Below are positions 33,371-44,820 of a stretch of DNA of 64,000 nt, piece by piece. Source of the DNA: Podarcis melisellensis. Lineage: Eukaryota. The stretch's first letter is position 1, and the number at the start of each line of letters is the position of its first letter. The stretch lies in assembly GCA_964234715.1 (NCBI GenBank), contig OZ174283.1; one strand, given 5' to 3'. The notes below the pieces were generated by a model that saw nothing but the letters and a program-made list of their open reading frames with translations, searched no databases and was not told the origin of the DNA. The translations under genes were made by a program, and so were the position numbers.

Positions 33371-35710
33371 TTAATAAAAATCAGTAACTTACAATGCACA
33401 GGCTTATATTGTGTGATACATACTCTGGAAACTAAAACTGCTATATCAGGGACTACAAATCATGGCCACTCTTGTCAACTCACTTTTTAATCATTAAAAC
33501 AGTGTGCCTTGATACTATTATAGTGTAGTTGCAATATTTTGTCTGATACTGTCTGCCTACTAAAAATGTAATAAAATAAGGATGTGGATGCACAGCCCTA
33601 ATAACCACACAATATTTGACTATGGATATGTTCCCTGCTTCAACGATTGCAGTTTTAATAGGTCCATAGTGCTAAAAAAAAGTAGTCCCCAGACCTGTAA
33701 GACAAGGAAACTCTTAAATTTCTGAAGAAATCCAGGTTCTAAGCCCTCACGGTTGTGAATAAATATAACAAATGGTTACAAGAGTGCTACTATCAAAACT
33801 CATAAGCAACCAAATGGTCTGTACATATTTTTTATATATATATTCCATCATGTTTGGGCTTTCAATATTACTGACCACAATTGCCACTGCTGCATGGCTG
33901 ACACATTGGTTATACTGTAATTGCAACATCGCACACGTCATAAAAATATACAAGAGACAAAAATGCTGTCCACTCCCAAATTTTCCCCTACCACAAAGGG
34001 AACCACATCATTTGCAATGAGAAAAAAAGGAACTAAGCTCAAGTCATTATAGAAAAGGATTTATACACTGAACCACCACCACCAAGCCCTTCAAGGTACA
34101 GCTAGGATTATCGTAGCAAGCAGGTGGAACTGACCATTAGAAGTACACCCTGGGGGCAAGGGGAAGCCCCCATCTCACTGGAGCTTAATGTAATTTCCTG
34201 AGACTGCCGCTGCATGAATGGGGAGCGCATCCAATTCCTTTGCACTGGGCTTCTTTAAAGTTCTGACTAATGCAGACATGGTTACTGATCCCTCATCCCT
34301 GATCCTTCCTCATCCTGGTGATGTGCATCCATGTAAGCAAGCGGAACAGGACAGTGCAGAACTAGACAGACCAGGGAGGTCCTTGATCCTGTAGAGATAA
34401 GTTTGTTCCAAGAGTATAGAAAAAGCCAGGCCCACATGGAGATGGGAAGGTGGCTGCCTCGATTTCTAGACATCATTAAAGAGCGGCAACAGGCAAGATA
34501 GTGTTATTTAATTAATGTGTGTGCACACCTGCAGAGGCAGTGGAGCCACTTGGATTTTATGGCACAGGGCAAAGATGTCTTTTGCTGCACCCAGGAAGCA
34601 GGGAAGAGCCCTGGTGTTCTTTAATCCTGTACAAGGAATAAGGGGTAAAGCGAGGAAGGCTGAGATTGCTTAGCACAAAAAATCTCCAGGGGGGGCCACT
34701 AGTTTTGTCACCATTTTGTGGGAGGGATTAAATCACATACCAGAAATTTAGGTTTGCACAATTGCAACTGGGGTGCCATTAATTCACTTCTTTGAAAAAA
34801 GAAACCCGGACATTTCCCAGTCAGGAAAGTGACAGGCACTAAAAATTTGGGATAACCATTGATTCATGGAAGTTGTACAACATCCCCATAAAGAAATTAG
34901 AACAGAATTCCACCCACCACCCAACTACCAGAGAACAGGAAGACAACCATTCCCACTTCTTAGGGTATAATTAAATGAATTATACAAGAGGACACCAACC
35001 TGTTGGTCAAGGGCCTTCCACAAGTTTTGGGTTCCTGCCCCTTGTGGTCCCACCCTCTCATCCTCCAGGTGTTAACATCATCTGAGTTTGCACACTTTTT
35101 CTTGATCTTCCATCAAGTGCAGCAATACAAAAAGAGGCTTATTTTGACCTTACCTGACAAATGAATCTCACTGCATACAAGCAACAAACCAAGCGTTAAA
35201 GCTTTCCCTGGACTGAGCTATTTTAGGCTGCAGGTGAAGGGTTGAATATTTGAGTTCTCTCCCATCTTAAATAAATTCACCTTCCTGCATGAAGGAAATG
35301 CTTCCACCTGTAGCCTGAAGCAGTTTAGCCCCCCAAAATATCTTGCTACTGTACTTGACTCTGCTGAACGTATGAACTATCCCTAGCAGGGTTAACCCCA
35401 GATACGTTGCTGCTTGAAGTGGAACATCTAAGCACCACTCCTTCCCACTAATAAACAAACAGGAGGCGTAAGTCACTAGGAAGTTCTTCTGCACAAGTGT
35501 GAATAAAATAAATGGGAGCGATGCAAGAGCCCAAGGGTGCCCCTGCAAAGCTCCCATGCATTGCAGCAGCAGCTTGTGCTGGATAATTTCCCACTGACTG
35601 TGGCCTCATCTCTGAGGCTGCAAACTCTCCTCATTTAGAACAGCATCTAAGAACTTTGGCTTGTTTGCATTTTTCAGGCTTTTCCTCCTTTCTTTTCTTT
35701 TTTAAAGAAC

Positions 35711-37117
35711 ATGCCTCCATTCATGGCTAATGAGAGTTTCTACGAATCTGAGGACTCCTTCACGTTACAACATATGGATTCCGTGTCTATTGGATCTCTG
35801 CTCATCTTCTCCATCACCTTTCTCCTGGGCCTCCCCGGAAATGGCTTGGTAATCTGGGTCCTTGCTCTGAAAATGAAGCGAACGGTGAACACGGTTTGGT
35901 TTCTGCACCTTGCCGTGGCTGACTTTGTGTGCTGCCTGTCCCTGCCTTTCTCCATTGTCCACCTGGTGCTGCATCAGCAGTGGCCTTTCGGGTGGTTTTT
36001 CTGCAAGATTATCCCGTCTGCCATCATCTTCAACATGTTTGCCAGTGTCTTCCTCCTCACCACCATCAGCATCGACAGGTGTCTTGTGGTGATGAAGCCT
36101 GTCTGGTGTCAGAATCACCGGACAGTAAGGTTCGCATCCGTGGTCTGTGGTGTTACCTGGTTCCTAGCTTTCATTATGTGTTTTCCTGCTTTCTTCTATC
36201 GCGAAATCTCCATTGATGAATCGGGCAATGCCAGGTGTGTCTACAATTGGCACAGTGAGGAATATGAGGAAGGATGGCCAGATTATTTGTTTCCCAGCAA
36301 CGAAGAGTTTTCTAGTCAGCGTCCTACCTTTGTGGCTAGTAGCTATGAAGATATTTTCACAGACGGAATTTTGGATGTGTATTCTGAGTACCATATTCTT
36401 AATACAGACAAAAGCAAGGCTTGGTATTCCAGCACACCAAGCACTCTTGGCACTAATAGAGATACAGATTCATTGACGGTGGAAGTCACCAGCCCAAAAT
36501 ACGTGTCACACGAATCTTCCCACCCAGCTACTGCCATATCCAATGTTATTTATTCCGATCTTCCCGACTATTTTCTTTTGGGCAATTACTCTGGCAACCT
36601 CCCGATTAGCAATGACTCAATGGCAATGCCCTTTTATGATGAGCTGCCAAGCGTTCTTGTGTCCATTACTGTCACCCGAAGCATCTTTGGTTTTCTCCTC
36701 CCCTTCGGAATCATGGCTGCCTGCTACGTCCTTATTGCCCTCAAGATGCTCAGAAACCAATTTGCAAAGTCCCGTGTGAAGGCTTTGCGGGTGATCCTGC
36801 TTGTGATAGTCACTTTCTTTCTCTGTTGGGCTCCTTATCATGTCATTGGGGTGCTGTATCTCCTGGCTAACCCCAGCACAGCACTTTATGAAACACTGGC
36901 TTTGTGGAACCATGTTTCCACAGCATTGGCCTATGCCAACAGCTGCATCAACCCACTTCTTTATGTGTTTGTGGGGAAAAAATTCAGGGAGAAAGCACGC
37001 CAGACGGTGCAAGGGATTTTGGAAGGGGCGTTCAGTGAGGAAGGAATATGCTCCACTGCCTTCTCCCAGGAAAGAAGCAAGTCTACAGTTGACCATATTG
37101 ATGTTTCCGCCCTCTAA
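35711..37117 (+). CDS. C3AR1: Complement C3a anaphylatoxin receptor (468-aa class A GPCR, single coding exon)
   Basis: 7 TM segments, LGLPGNGLV, DRC motif, PVWCQNHR, NPLLY; very large (~150 aa) second extracellular loop diagnostic of C3aR; acceptor ttttaaag| 3 nt before the ATG; lies between NECAP1 and FOXJ2. Confidence 0.96.
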   Translation: MPPFMANESFYESEDSFTLQHMDSVSIGSLLIFSITFLLGLPGNGLVIWVLALKMKRTVNTVWFLHLAVADFVCCLSLPFSIVHLVLHQQWPFGWFFCKIIPSAIIFNMFASVFLLTTISIDRCLVVMKPVWCQNHRTVRFASVVCGVTWFLAFIMCFPAFFYREISIDESGNARCVYNWHSEEYEEGWPDYLFPSNEEFSSQRPTFVASSYEDIFTDGILDVYSEYHILNTDKSKAWYSSTPSTLGTNRDTDSLTVEVTSPKYVSHESSHPATAISNVIYSDLPDYFLLGNYSGNLPISNDSMAMPFYDELPSVLVSITVTRSIFGFLLPFGIMAACYVLIALKMLRNQFAKSRVKALRVILLVIVTFFLCWAPYHVIGVLYLLANPSTALYETLALWNHVSTALAYANSCINPLLYVFVGKKFREKARQTVQGILEGAFSEEGICSTAFSQERSKSTVDHIDVSAL

Positions 37118-38079
37118 AATGGAGCTTCCAGGCAACTAAACTTTCCTTGCTACTGTGGATTCTTGATTGGCACAGATGTGGCCACTTTGAATTAGTATCT
37201 GGAGTTCTTGCATATGCAGAGAGCGGCCACACCTTGTGAATCCCCTTTGTGCTGCGGTGTGAGGGGGTCAAGTGAAGTTCTGGGTTACACCACAGAAGGG
37301 AGACGGGGACAACTGCCTATCTTTGCAACATGGGTGGTGGTGGTGGTATCCAAATTTGTCAAAAATTTTCTAGCACTGCAAATGTGCCCTACAGTATTAC
37401 TTGACTTGTTATATATATTTTTTCCCTGTTGATGAAAGGAAGTAGCATAGCTATGTATGACGAGCCAGAATAAGCTTTAGCGGTGGCACAGAAATCTTGC
37501 AAGAAATGTCAGCAGCTTTGTTTTGTAAGTGGTTTGCATTCACCAAAAACTGTCAGAGAAAACTGGACGCAGTGCTTAATTTATAAAAGCAAAGCAGGGA
37601 AAAGGTAGGCAAGGGTTGAGCCTACGTTCTGCAAGCAGATCTAGGAGGAAAGCCCTTTCACTTAACTTTAGGTGGGAACGGCTGCTCAACAGAAAGGAAA
37701 AGGTAGTCAAAGGGGTGGTGGTGGTCAACAGGCATGGCTAGAACCTACAGAACCAAGCCAAATTGTACCTGCAGACTTGAGTATCAGCTATGAGTATCCT
37801 GTCCATTTTCAGGGCTACTGGAGACTCCATTCAAAATGTGCTTATTTCCAGAGCATACCTTAGGGGCTGCCTAGTTAATGAATTCTCTCCTACTGCAAAT
37901 TCACCCAACCTGGGCACCTTTCCAGAAGCGCTGTAAGGCCTACATTTTAGTACTAGCACCGGGAGAGTGAGTTAAGAGAAGTGGGGTACAACTTATTCTG
38001 TTCAGCTGCAGATGCCTTGCTTTTGTCCCAGTTTTTTGCTGTTCCGTATTTGGATTGGGGTAGGTTGCACACATGTACT

Positions 38080-38085
38080 AATAAA
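38080..38085 (+). terminator. Candidate C3AR1 polyadenylation signal
   Basis: First AATAAA noticed after the stop codon (~960 nt downstream), followed by T-rich sequence. Confidence 0.45.
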
Positions 38086-39054
38086 TAAGTTGCTTTTAAC
38101 CCTCTGAATTAAAACAGGCTTGACTTTTCCCTCTTCACATTTATCCTATGGTTACTCTCCCTTCCTAGCAACACTAAGTGGCTTTAATTTGGAACTGCTC
38201 AGTCCTTCTGCCTCAATACTGGGGGGGGGGGGAGTGTGAGAGAAACCAACTAGGGTGACAGAGAGCACCCAGGAAGCAGCCTGGCTCCATCAGTCTCTAG
38301 GCATCTCAACAGCAGAACCCTTACAGGCAGTTTACACCAAAAGCCAGATCAGAAGACCCAATAAAGACTAGGACGCTGCGTTGCTCTTAGTCTTTTCTCT
38401 CTCTCTTCCTAAGGGATGGGAGGTTGTTTTTCTTTTCCATCCACGGGTAGAGGTAGGAGGAAGTGGCCTCCTTTCCATCTTCTCTTGAAAGCATTGGACA
38501 GAGGCCAACAGAGCAACCTCATGATTCCTTGTTGGGGAGGAACTTTCTCCTTTCCTTGACAAATTAAGGGAAACTGCACGCCAAGCAAGAACATAAAACT
38601 ATGGTTTAATGTGAGGAGAGGAGGAGAGATCACTGAAGATATAAGGCAGGGAAACTATTCCTTTCCCTTCTCCATAAGGAAGTATTTTCAGTTAAATCTC
38701 ATCTCTGTCTCTTTCAGAAATATGTGAAGGGAGAGAAGGAAAATTCTAACTTTCATTCCTTCTTGTGGCCCTTTTGCCTCCTTCCCAGCCCCTTGTTGTC
38801 TTGTTCATGCTTTGCTTTTGGTTATGCTATTCTGTAAAATGTACCCTATGTATTAATAACACACCACTATTACAACAGGGAATTACAAGGATATATTCTA
38901 TTATGTGTATACAAAACTGCACCTAGCAGCTTGGTGATCAAGCTATTAAGGGTGGCCTTGAATTGAGTGACACCTCTGCATCAGGCAGGGCATAGGCAAG
39001 AAGCTACTATTTCTTCCCCACCCATCCTCCAAGGAGGTCAAAGTCATGGGCATC

Positions 39055-39165
39055 CCTTTAACAACAACCCTGAGAGGTAGGTTAGCTTGCAATATAGCAA
39101 CTGGCCCAGTCACCCAGTGAGCTTTGTGGCTGAGGAGGCATTCAAAGCAGGTCTGCCTGGTCAAA
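39055..39165 (-). mobile_element. CORE/MIR-like SINE fragment
   Basis: acaacaaccctgagaggtagg..actggccc.gtcacccagtgagctt.tggctgag, typical antisense CORE-SINE body. Confidence 0.55.
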
Positions 39166-40908
39166 GTTTGTTGTAACCTTTGAATCCAGCAGCAGGACAG
39201 ATCCAGTTGGGGCTGCAGATGCACCAGCTAAGGAGCCAACCAGGAAGTGGCTGCTCAATCTTGAGAAACCACTGTGCCTGAGGCTGTCACACAGGAGCCC
39301 CATAAGAACCTCCTGAACCACTGAGGTCTATAGGGACAGGCCCTCGCAGAACACCAGGAACCAAATGTTTCCCACAAGTCCTAATCGGTCTAGTGACACA
39401 GGGAGGACACCAGGCTATGGGACAGAGGAGCGCCTGTCTACAGGCCAGGTGGCTGGCCCTTCAAGTGTCTGAGGTTGTCTATGGGGGGCAGCACCAAGAA
39501 GAGGCAGTCTGGAGGCAGAGGCTTAGGCCCCACATAATGGGAATAAGTCTGACAGAGCCTCTGTTAAGTGTCCCCCCTTGAGATGGTTAGAGAACTCTGT
39601 GCCTGATCTACATTTCTTGACAAACGAGCCAAAAAAATGGACTAGGCCACTGTAGGACATGCATTTCTGGATGCTTCCCTGCATTTGAAAAATACATTCT
39701 CTGCGCAAGTAAAAAGAAAAATGAAAAAAAGGTTCTAGCTCAACCCACTCTCCAGCAGTTTTCTCCTTGCAAGGAAAAGTAACCTAGGGAAACATACAAA
39801 AATGGCACTCCCTCACCTGGCCGTTCTAAAATGATGCAATCCAATCATTACCACCTCATTTGTTGTGTGTGCCCACCAGGCCCACCAGTATGCAGCAGAT
39901 ATACCTAAAAGGAAAGGTTTGAAGAAAGCCTGCTGGTATGCATGTTGAAGAAAAGGGGGCTACAGAAGCCTTTGCTCATGTCCTGGAGAAAGTAGCTAAG
40001 TGCAAAACATGATTCCCTTTGAATGCTGCAGGTCTGATGAAAAGCCCTTTGGGCTCAAATTGTCTATTTCTAAACTCGAATCAGCAAGGAAGTCAGCTGA
40101 CTTCCATATGTGCATCATGCTCCACCCAATCACTGCACCCAGCCTTTCTCAACTATGCTCAAAAGACCAGTTCCCTTTTGAAAGTCAAAGTTGCTCAATA
40201 AATAGCATAGCTCAGCAAAAATAATGTGCCAAAAAAAGAGATCTCCACTCATGACTTTTATTTTGGATCACACTCCGTCACTCCTTTGAAACAAGGAAGC
40301 ACCCATCACTGACTAATCTAAAAGTTTCCTGCAGCACTGGACCTGAAGGTCTTTGAGCCGTGAAGTTGTACTGTATACAAGAAAATTTAAGAACAAAAGT
40401 AGATTCCTGCACTGATGGCTTCTAGAACTCCTGACTGCTGATAGGCTCTTACATCAACTCACCCAACAAAATTTCCTCTACTGAAATTTACTGTGGTGCA
40501 ATGAATACTGTTAGTGTTGGATCATTCAGCAATGACCCTGGGCACCTCTCTCTGTGAACCTCACACAATTGCTGTGAAAAGAAAACAAGGTTAGCCCAAA
40601 TATGTTGCCTGAGCTCCTTAGAAGAAGGGTAGAATACAAATATCAAAAACAACAAACAAATTTAAGTGATTCAACTCAGTTTTAAAATATCTTGGTAGGG
40701 CTGTTTCTACACTGCGATTAAGATCTGTTGCACCTAGCCAAGGCGGTGTTAATTACATTATTAAAAAAAAACAAACTTCTGGACTAATAAGGTCCTAATT
40801 CTATGTCCTAGAACATTGATCCGTAATATATATTTATAAAAGTATGTAATCCTTTATGATAATACAGACGACTTTTAACTCACCAGGGGGTAAGGCCAAA
40901 ATCATGTA

Positions 40909-41132
40909 CAGCCGTATCTTGAAAGTTGAACAGCTTAGTTCCCAAACGTTTTGGTTCCCGAACGGTTTGCAAATTATTTTTGGAAGCCAAACATCCAACA
41001 GGGCTTCCGTGGCTTTTGATTGGCTGCAGGAGCTTCCTGCAGCCAATCAGAAGCTGCGCTTTGGTTTTTGAACATTTTGGAAGTCGAACGGACTTCCAGA
41101 ACAGATTCCATTCGACTTCCAAGGTACGACTG
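40909..41132. mobile_element. Tc1/mariner (Tigger-type) MITE, family C
   Basis: TIRs cagccgtatcttgaaagttgaa / ttcgacttccaaggtacgactg; TA TSD. Confidence 0.8.
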
Positions 41133-41190
41133 TATAGTCAAAACACATTGGGTTCAACAGTGAGTAGAATTGCCAAAGTCTTTTTTCTCC

Positions 41191-41241
41191 ATATATATAT
41201 ATATATACACACATATATACACAAATATATATATATATATA
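41191..41241. repeat. (TA)n/(CA)n microsatellite
   Basis: Direct reading. Confidence 0.85.
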
Positions 41242-41319
41242 TTGCCAAGTGTGTAAAGCTGAATGTGCACAAGTGAAATGTGTGTATGTTGTGAACTCAC
41301 CAGAACTAAAAATCGGGGC

Positions 41320-41630
41320 CATCCAATTAAACAGAAGGCAATAAATTGAGGACAATGTAAAGTACTTCTTTACCCAATGCATAATCAGTTTATGGAATTT
41401 ACTGCTAATGGCTGTCCGCTTAGGTGGCTTTCAAAGGGGGCTGGACAAATTCATGGGAGAATGATTCTATCAATGACCACTAGTCATGATGTCTGTATAG
41501 AAACTCCATGACCAGAGCCGGCATGCCTCTGAGGATGAGCAAGAGAGAGCTGCCGCCTTCATGCCCTGCCTATGGGCTTCCCTGAGTAATCTAGATGGCC
41601 ACTGTGGAAATCAAGATGCTGGAACAGATG
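41320..41630 (+). mobile_element. Old CR1 3' fragment
   Basis: aagtacttctttacccaatgcataat..tggaatttactgc..ggctttcaaaggggctggacaaattcatgg, CR1 ORF2 end and 3' UTR. Confidence 0.65.
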
Positions 41631-41703
41631 GGAGTTAAACTTCATCTGCTCTCATAGAGCTCTGTCTAGGTTTGTAATTTATCTCTGTTTACATAATTTA
41701 TTC

Positions 41704-41986
41704 CACAATTTGGAAGAAGGTACAGGGTTATAAAGACTAGGACTAGCCGCCTGAGAAACAGTTTCTATCCAAATGCGATTTTGGTTTTAAACGCAGTGTA
41801 AAGTAGTCTCTATGGGAGTATGCTGTATTTAATTATGGGGTATCAGAGTTTTTAGGGGGCTAACCAGGCTGGGATATCAGGATTGTTGGTTTTTGAATGT
41901 CTGATGTAGATTCTTTCAATTTTGTTGTTCTGTATGGGACAATGACAATAAAGATTATTGTTTTGTATTGTATTGTATTATCCTGT
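41704..41986 (+). mobile_element. Rex1/Babar-clade LINE 3' end
   Basis: GRRYRVIKTRTSRLRNSFYPNAILVLN* C-terminal peptide; aatgacaataaag followed by (tattg)n tail; TSD ataatttattc at 41693-41703 and 41987-41997. Confidence 0.75.
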
Positions 41987-44740
41987 ATAATTTATTCTGC
42001 TTTTACTAATAATGAGAAGGAGCAATGCAAGGACACTCAAGCCACATCCCTAGTGAAATAAACTATTTTCAACCACCTTCCTGGATTCTAGGATTTCAGC
42101 CCCCATTTTCAATGATATCTTTAAAATCATAACGGACAAAGCATTTTTTTAAAAGAAAAAGAAAGCAGTGTTTCTCAAAACATTGAATTCTGCACTTTCT
42201 GTGCTCCTGCAAGATTCACTGTATAGACACTACCCCGCACGAAGGGATGTCTTTGGGCTCTGGTTGTAACATGAGGTGGTACAAATGTAAGGAATAACCT
42301 GGAATCAAGTATATGTAAAATGGTAGGCTTTGTTTCAGTAAGAACAAGGCTGTATTTCCTTTGTCCAAATTCCAGCCCAATGATGTGAGTTGCACCTTAC
42401 GAGTTGCCACAGACAAATTAAAACAGGGGCACCAAAGGGATTAAACCATAAACATTCACTTTTTTAATTAAGAAAGCATGCAAAAAAAATAAATCTGTGA
42501 GGCCACACCCCTCTCCCATCTCCTTGACATAAAGCATTGTGGGCTGCACTGAAGCGGGTGGGCAGGCGAGGGATTTCTCTCCACGGCAGGCAGGCTGGCC
42601 GGCCAGCCCTCTGTGCTGCTCACCCTTGTTTTTCCAGGACAGGCTGTGTCAGCTGCTCACAGTGCAGAATTCCAGTGCTGAGTCTATGACTTCATGTGTC
42701 CATTCCAATAGTAACCCACTTGAGAATGATGCAGTTAATTCAGAGGCAAAAGGGAGGATGTGGCTAATTTGCACACTGACTGGCATATATTTACATATGC
42801 AAACAAGGCGCCTTTAAATACCTATAGGAGTGATCTTTTATTCCCTCCACCTTCTGTGGATTTTATTCTTCGAAAACTTCTTGTAAAAAGCACCAGCTGG
42901 CATCTGGAGGAGAAGTCATCTCTACAGCGTGTTCCACAGACACTCGCCAACAAGAATCTCCTGTTCCTGGTCACATCATTCTCATCTTGGGACAGTGTAG
43001 ACAACCATTAAAACTCCTCCAGGAATTCAGCTCAGGGATTTTCTACTCCTCTCAGTACACACAATGATGGCCCCATTCCCCAACAACCAAAAATTCCCTC
43101 CCTCCAAAATCCAATGGAACAGTGAGTTAAAAGCAGTGCTGCAGAACCTTCCCACCCTCGGGCACAGCACTTTCCTATGATGTTTTTTGCTTCCAACTTA
43201 AGTTTCCTCTTCACACAAAGCAGGCTTGCAGCTGAAAGAGTATGCAGATTAACAAGAGGTCTGGCAAAAGAGAGTCACACTAGAAACTGAAAACAAAGCA
43301 GCAAAGAGGTCACCTAGCCAGATCCAGTTCTAAATTCAATCCTACACTGGCACCCTTCTTCTTCCTTGTCTCCTAAGGACTGCCATACAACTGAACTTCT
43401 GCCCTTCCTGACCCCACGTGACTTGGAAGGGCCCTTCCAACTTTCCCTCCTATTCCAGCTATACACTTTCGGCATCTTCTTCACAGAGATATTCCACAAT
43501 CACTTAGCCTCTACCCTCCACCCACCAAGCTCTGCTCAGCATTACATTCCTCCTTTCACCTTAAGTTTATCCACGAAACAGGGACCACCAGTTGCTTATT
43601 TTATATAAGGCAGACAAGACACCCTCAGCTCTTACTCTTGCATCACAAGCCACAACACTTTCTAGAGAATTGAGAGGAAGTCAAATTCAGGAGTTGAAAA
43701 ACAAAACCTTGCAGGGTAGAGAAGTTACTTCTTGATTTTTATGTCTTATCTGCATATTCAAATAAGAGCCTTACTGCATTATGAGAGAAGGCAGCAGGAG
43801 GGGGGGGGGCGGAACTGTGATAAGACAAGCCCTGAGGATTCTGGTTCGATCTTGGTACCCAAGCCACATGATGCGGATACAAGCCAGACCTGTCAAGCTT
43901 TCATCGTCTGCCGAGGGGGAAAGTGCAAAATGGCAGTGATTGAAAAAGGCAGTGTAGAAAAAAGGTAAAGGCCCCCATCGTCTGTACCAGACACTCAGCC
44001 CCTACCAAGCAGCAGACTCGTAACCACAGTGTTTCAGCTAGAGGGAAGTCCTCACCTTCCACTAAGGCAAGCCTGTCTCTGTCAAACTCCAATATTCCAG
44101 CTCTTCTCCACACCCAGAGCCTCATATTCTGTGCACTTGTTAATCCTGCTGCTCCTGCTGGTGTGAGAAAGTTCACAGACCTCCTTTCAACGCTGGTCTA
44201 ACCCTCCCCTCCCCTCCCCCCCTTTACAACATTTAAGAAAGAACATAATTATTACAGACTTTCAAGATTCACGGGGCTCTCTCACTTTTGTAGCCAATAA
44301 AACAGAGTCACTGGCCACCTTGAAGGGAAAGCGGGATTGTTAAAACGCAGGTGATGCAGGAAGAGAAAGGTGCCCTCAAGAATTCCTCCTTCCAAGGTCT
44401 TCTCATGACACCAAAAAACAGTTTTCCTACCCTCCATCCCACACAGGGTGCCAGTAAACACATAAAATCCGAAGCTGGAAGATGGAGCAGAAGGGCTGTG
44501 CACTATTATTGATGATGATAATAATAATAATAATAAAGAAGAAGAAAATAAGGTAAAACAGGGAGCGCAAGGAAGGATTATCTTCGGCAGCATCTTGCGG
44601 CAGCTTCTCTGGCGGAAGTCGAGAATATATATCTATATACAGGCAAGGAAAGAGGCTGAAGGTGCTGGTCTTGTGACCCAAACCCCAGACTCCCCTTCCC
44701 ATACCCTACATGAGGGATGTGCTATCAAGTCTGTAACTTG

Positions 44741-44820
44741 CTAGGTGATCAAATCCCAGTTGAAATCATCAGGGATTTCCTCATTGGCACCTGGAGGCGG
44801 CCGTGGAACCAGATGATGAC
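44741..44820 (-). CDS. FOXJ2: FOXJ2 last coding exon
   Basis: ttcag|[26 protein letters not shown]. Confidence 0.93.

Noticed and set aside
36617-37135. 172-aa antisense ORF over C3AR1
   Set aside because: Shadow frame of the coding strand with no motif.
40034-40064. Hammerhead-like CTGATGAaaAGCCCtttGGGCTcaaattgtc
   Set aside because: GAAA is absent (CAAAT) and no stem I pairing is found; at best an unrecognisable relic.
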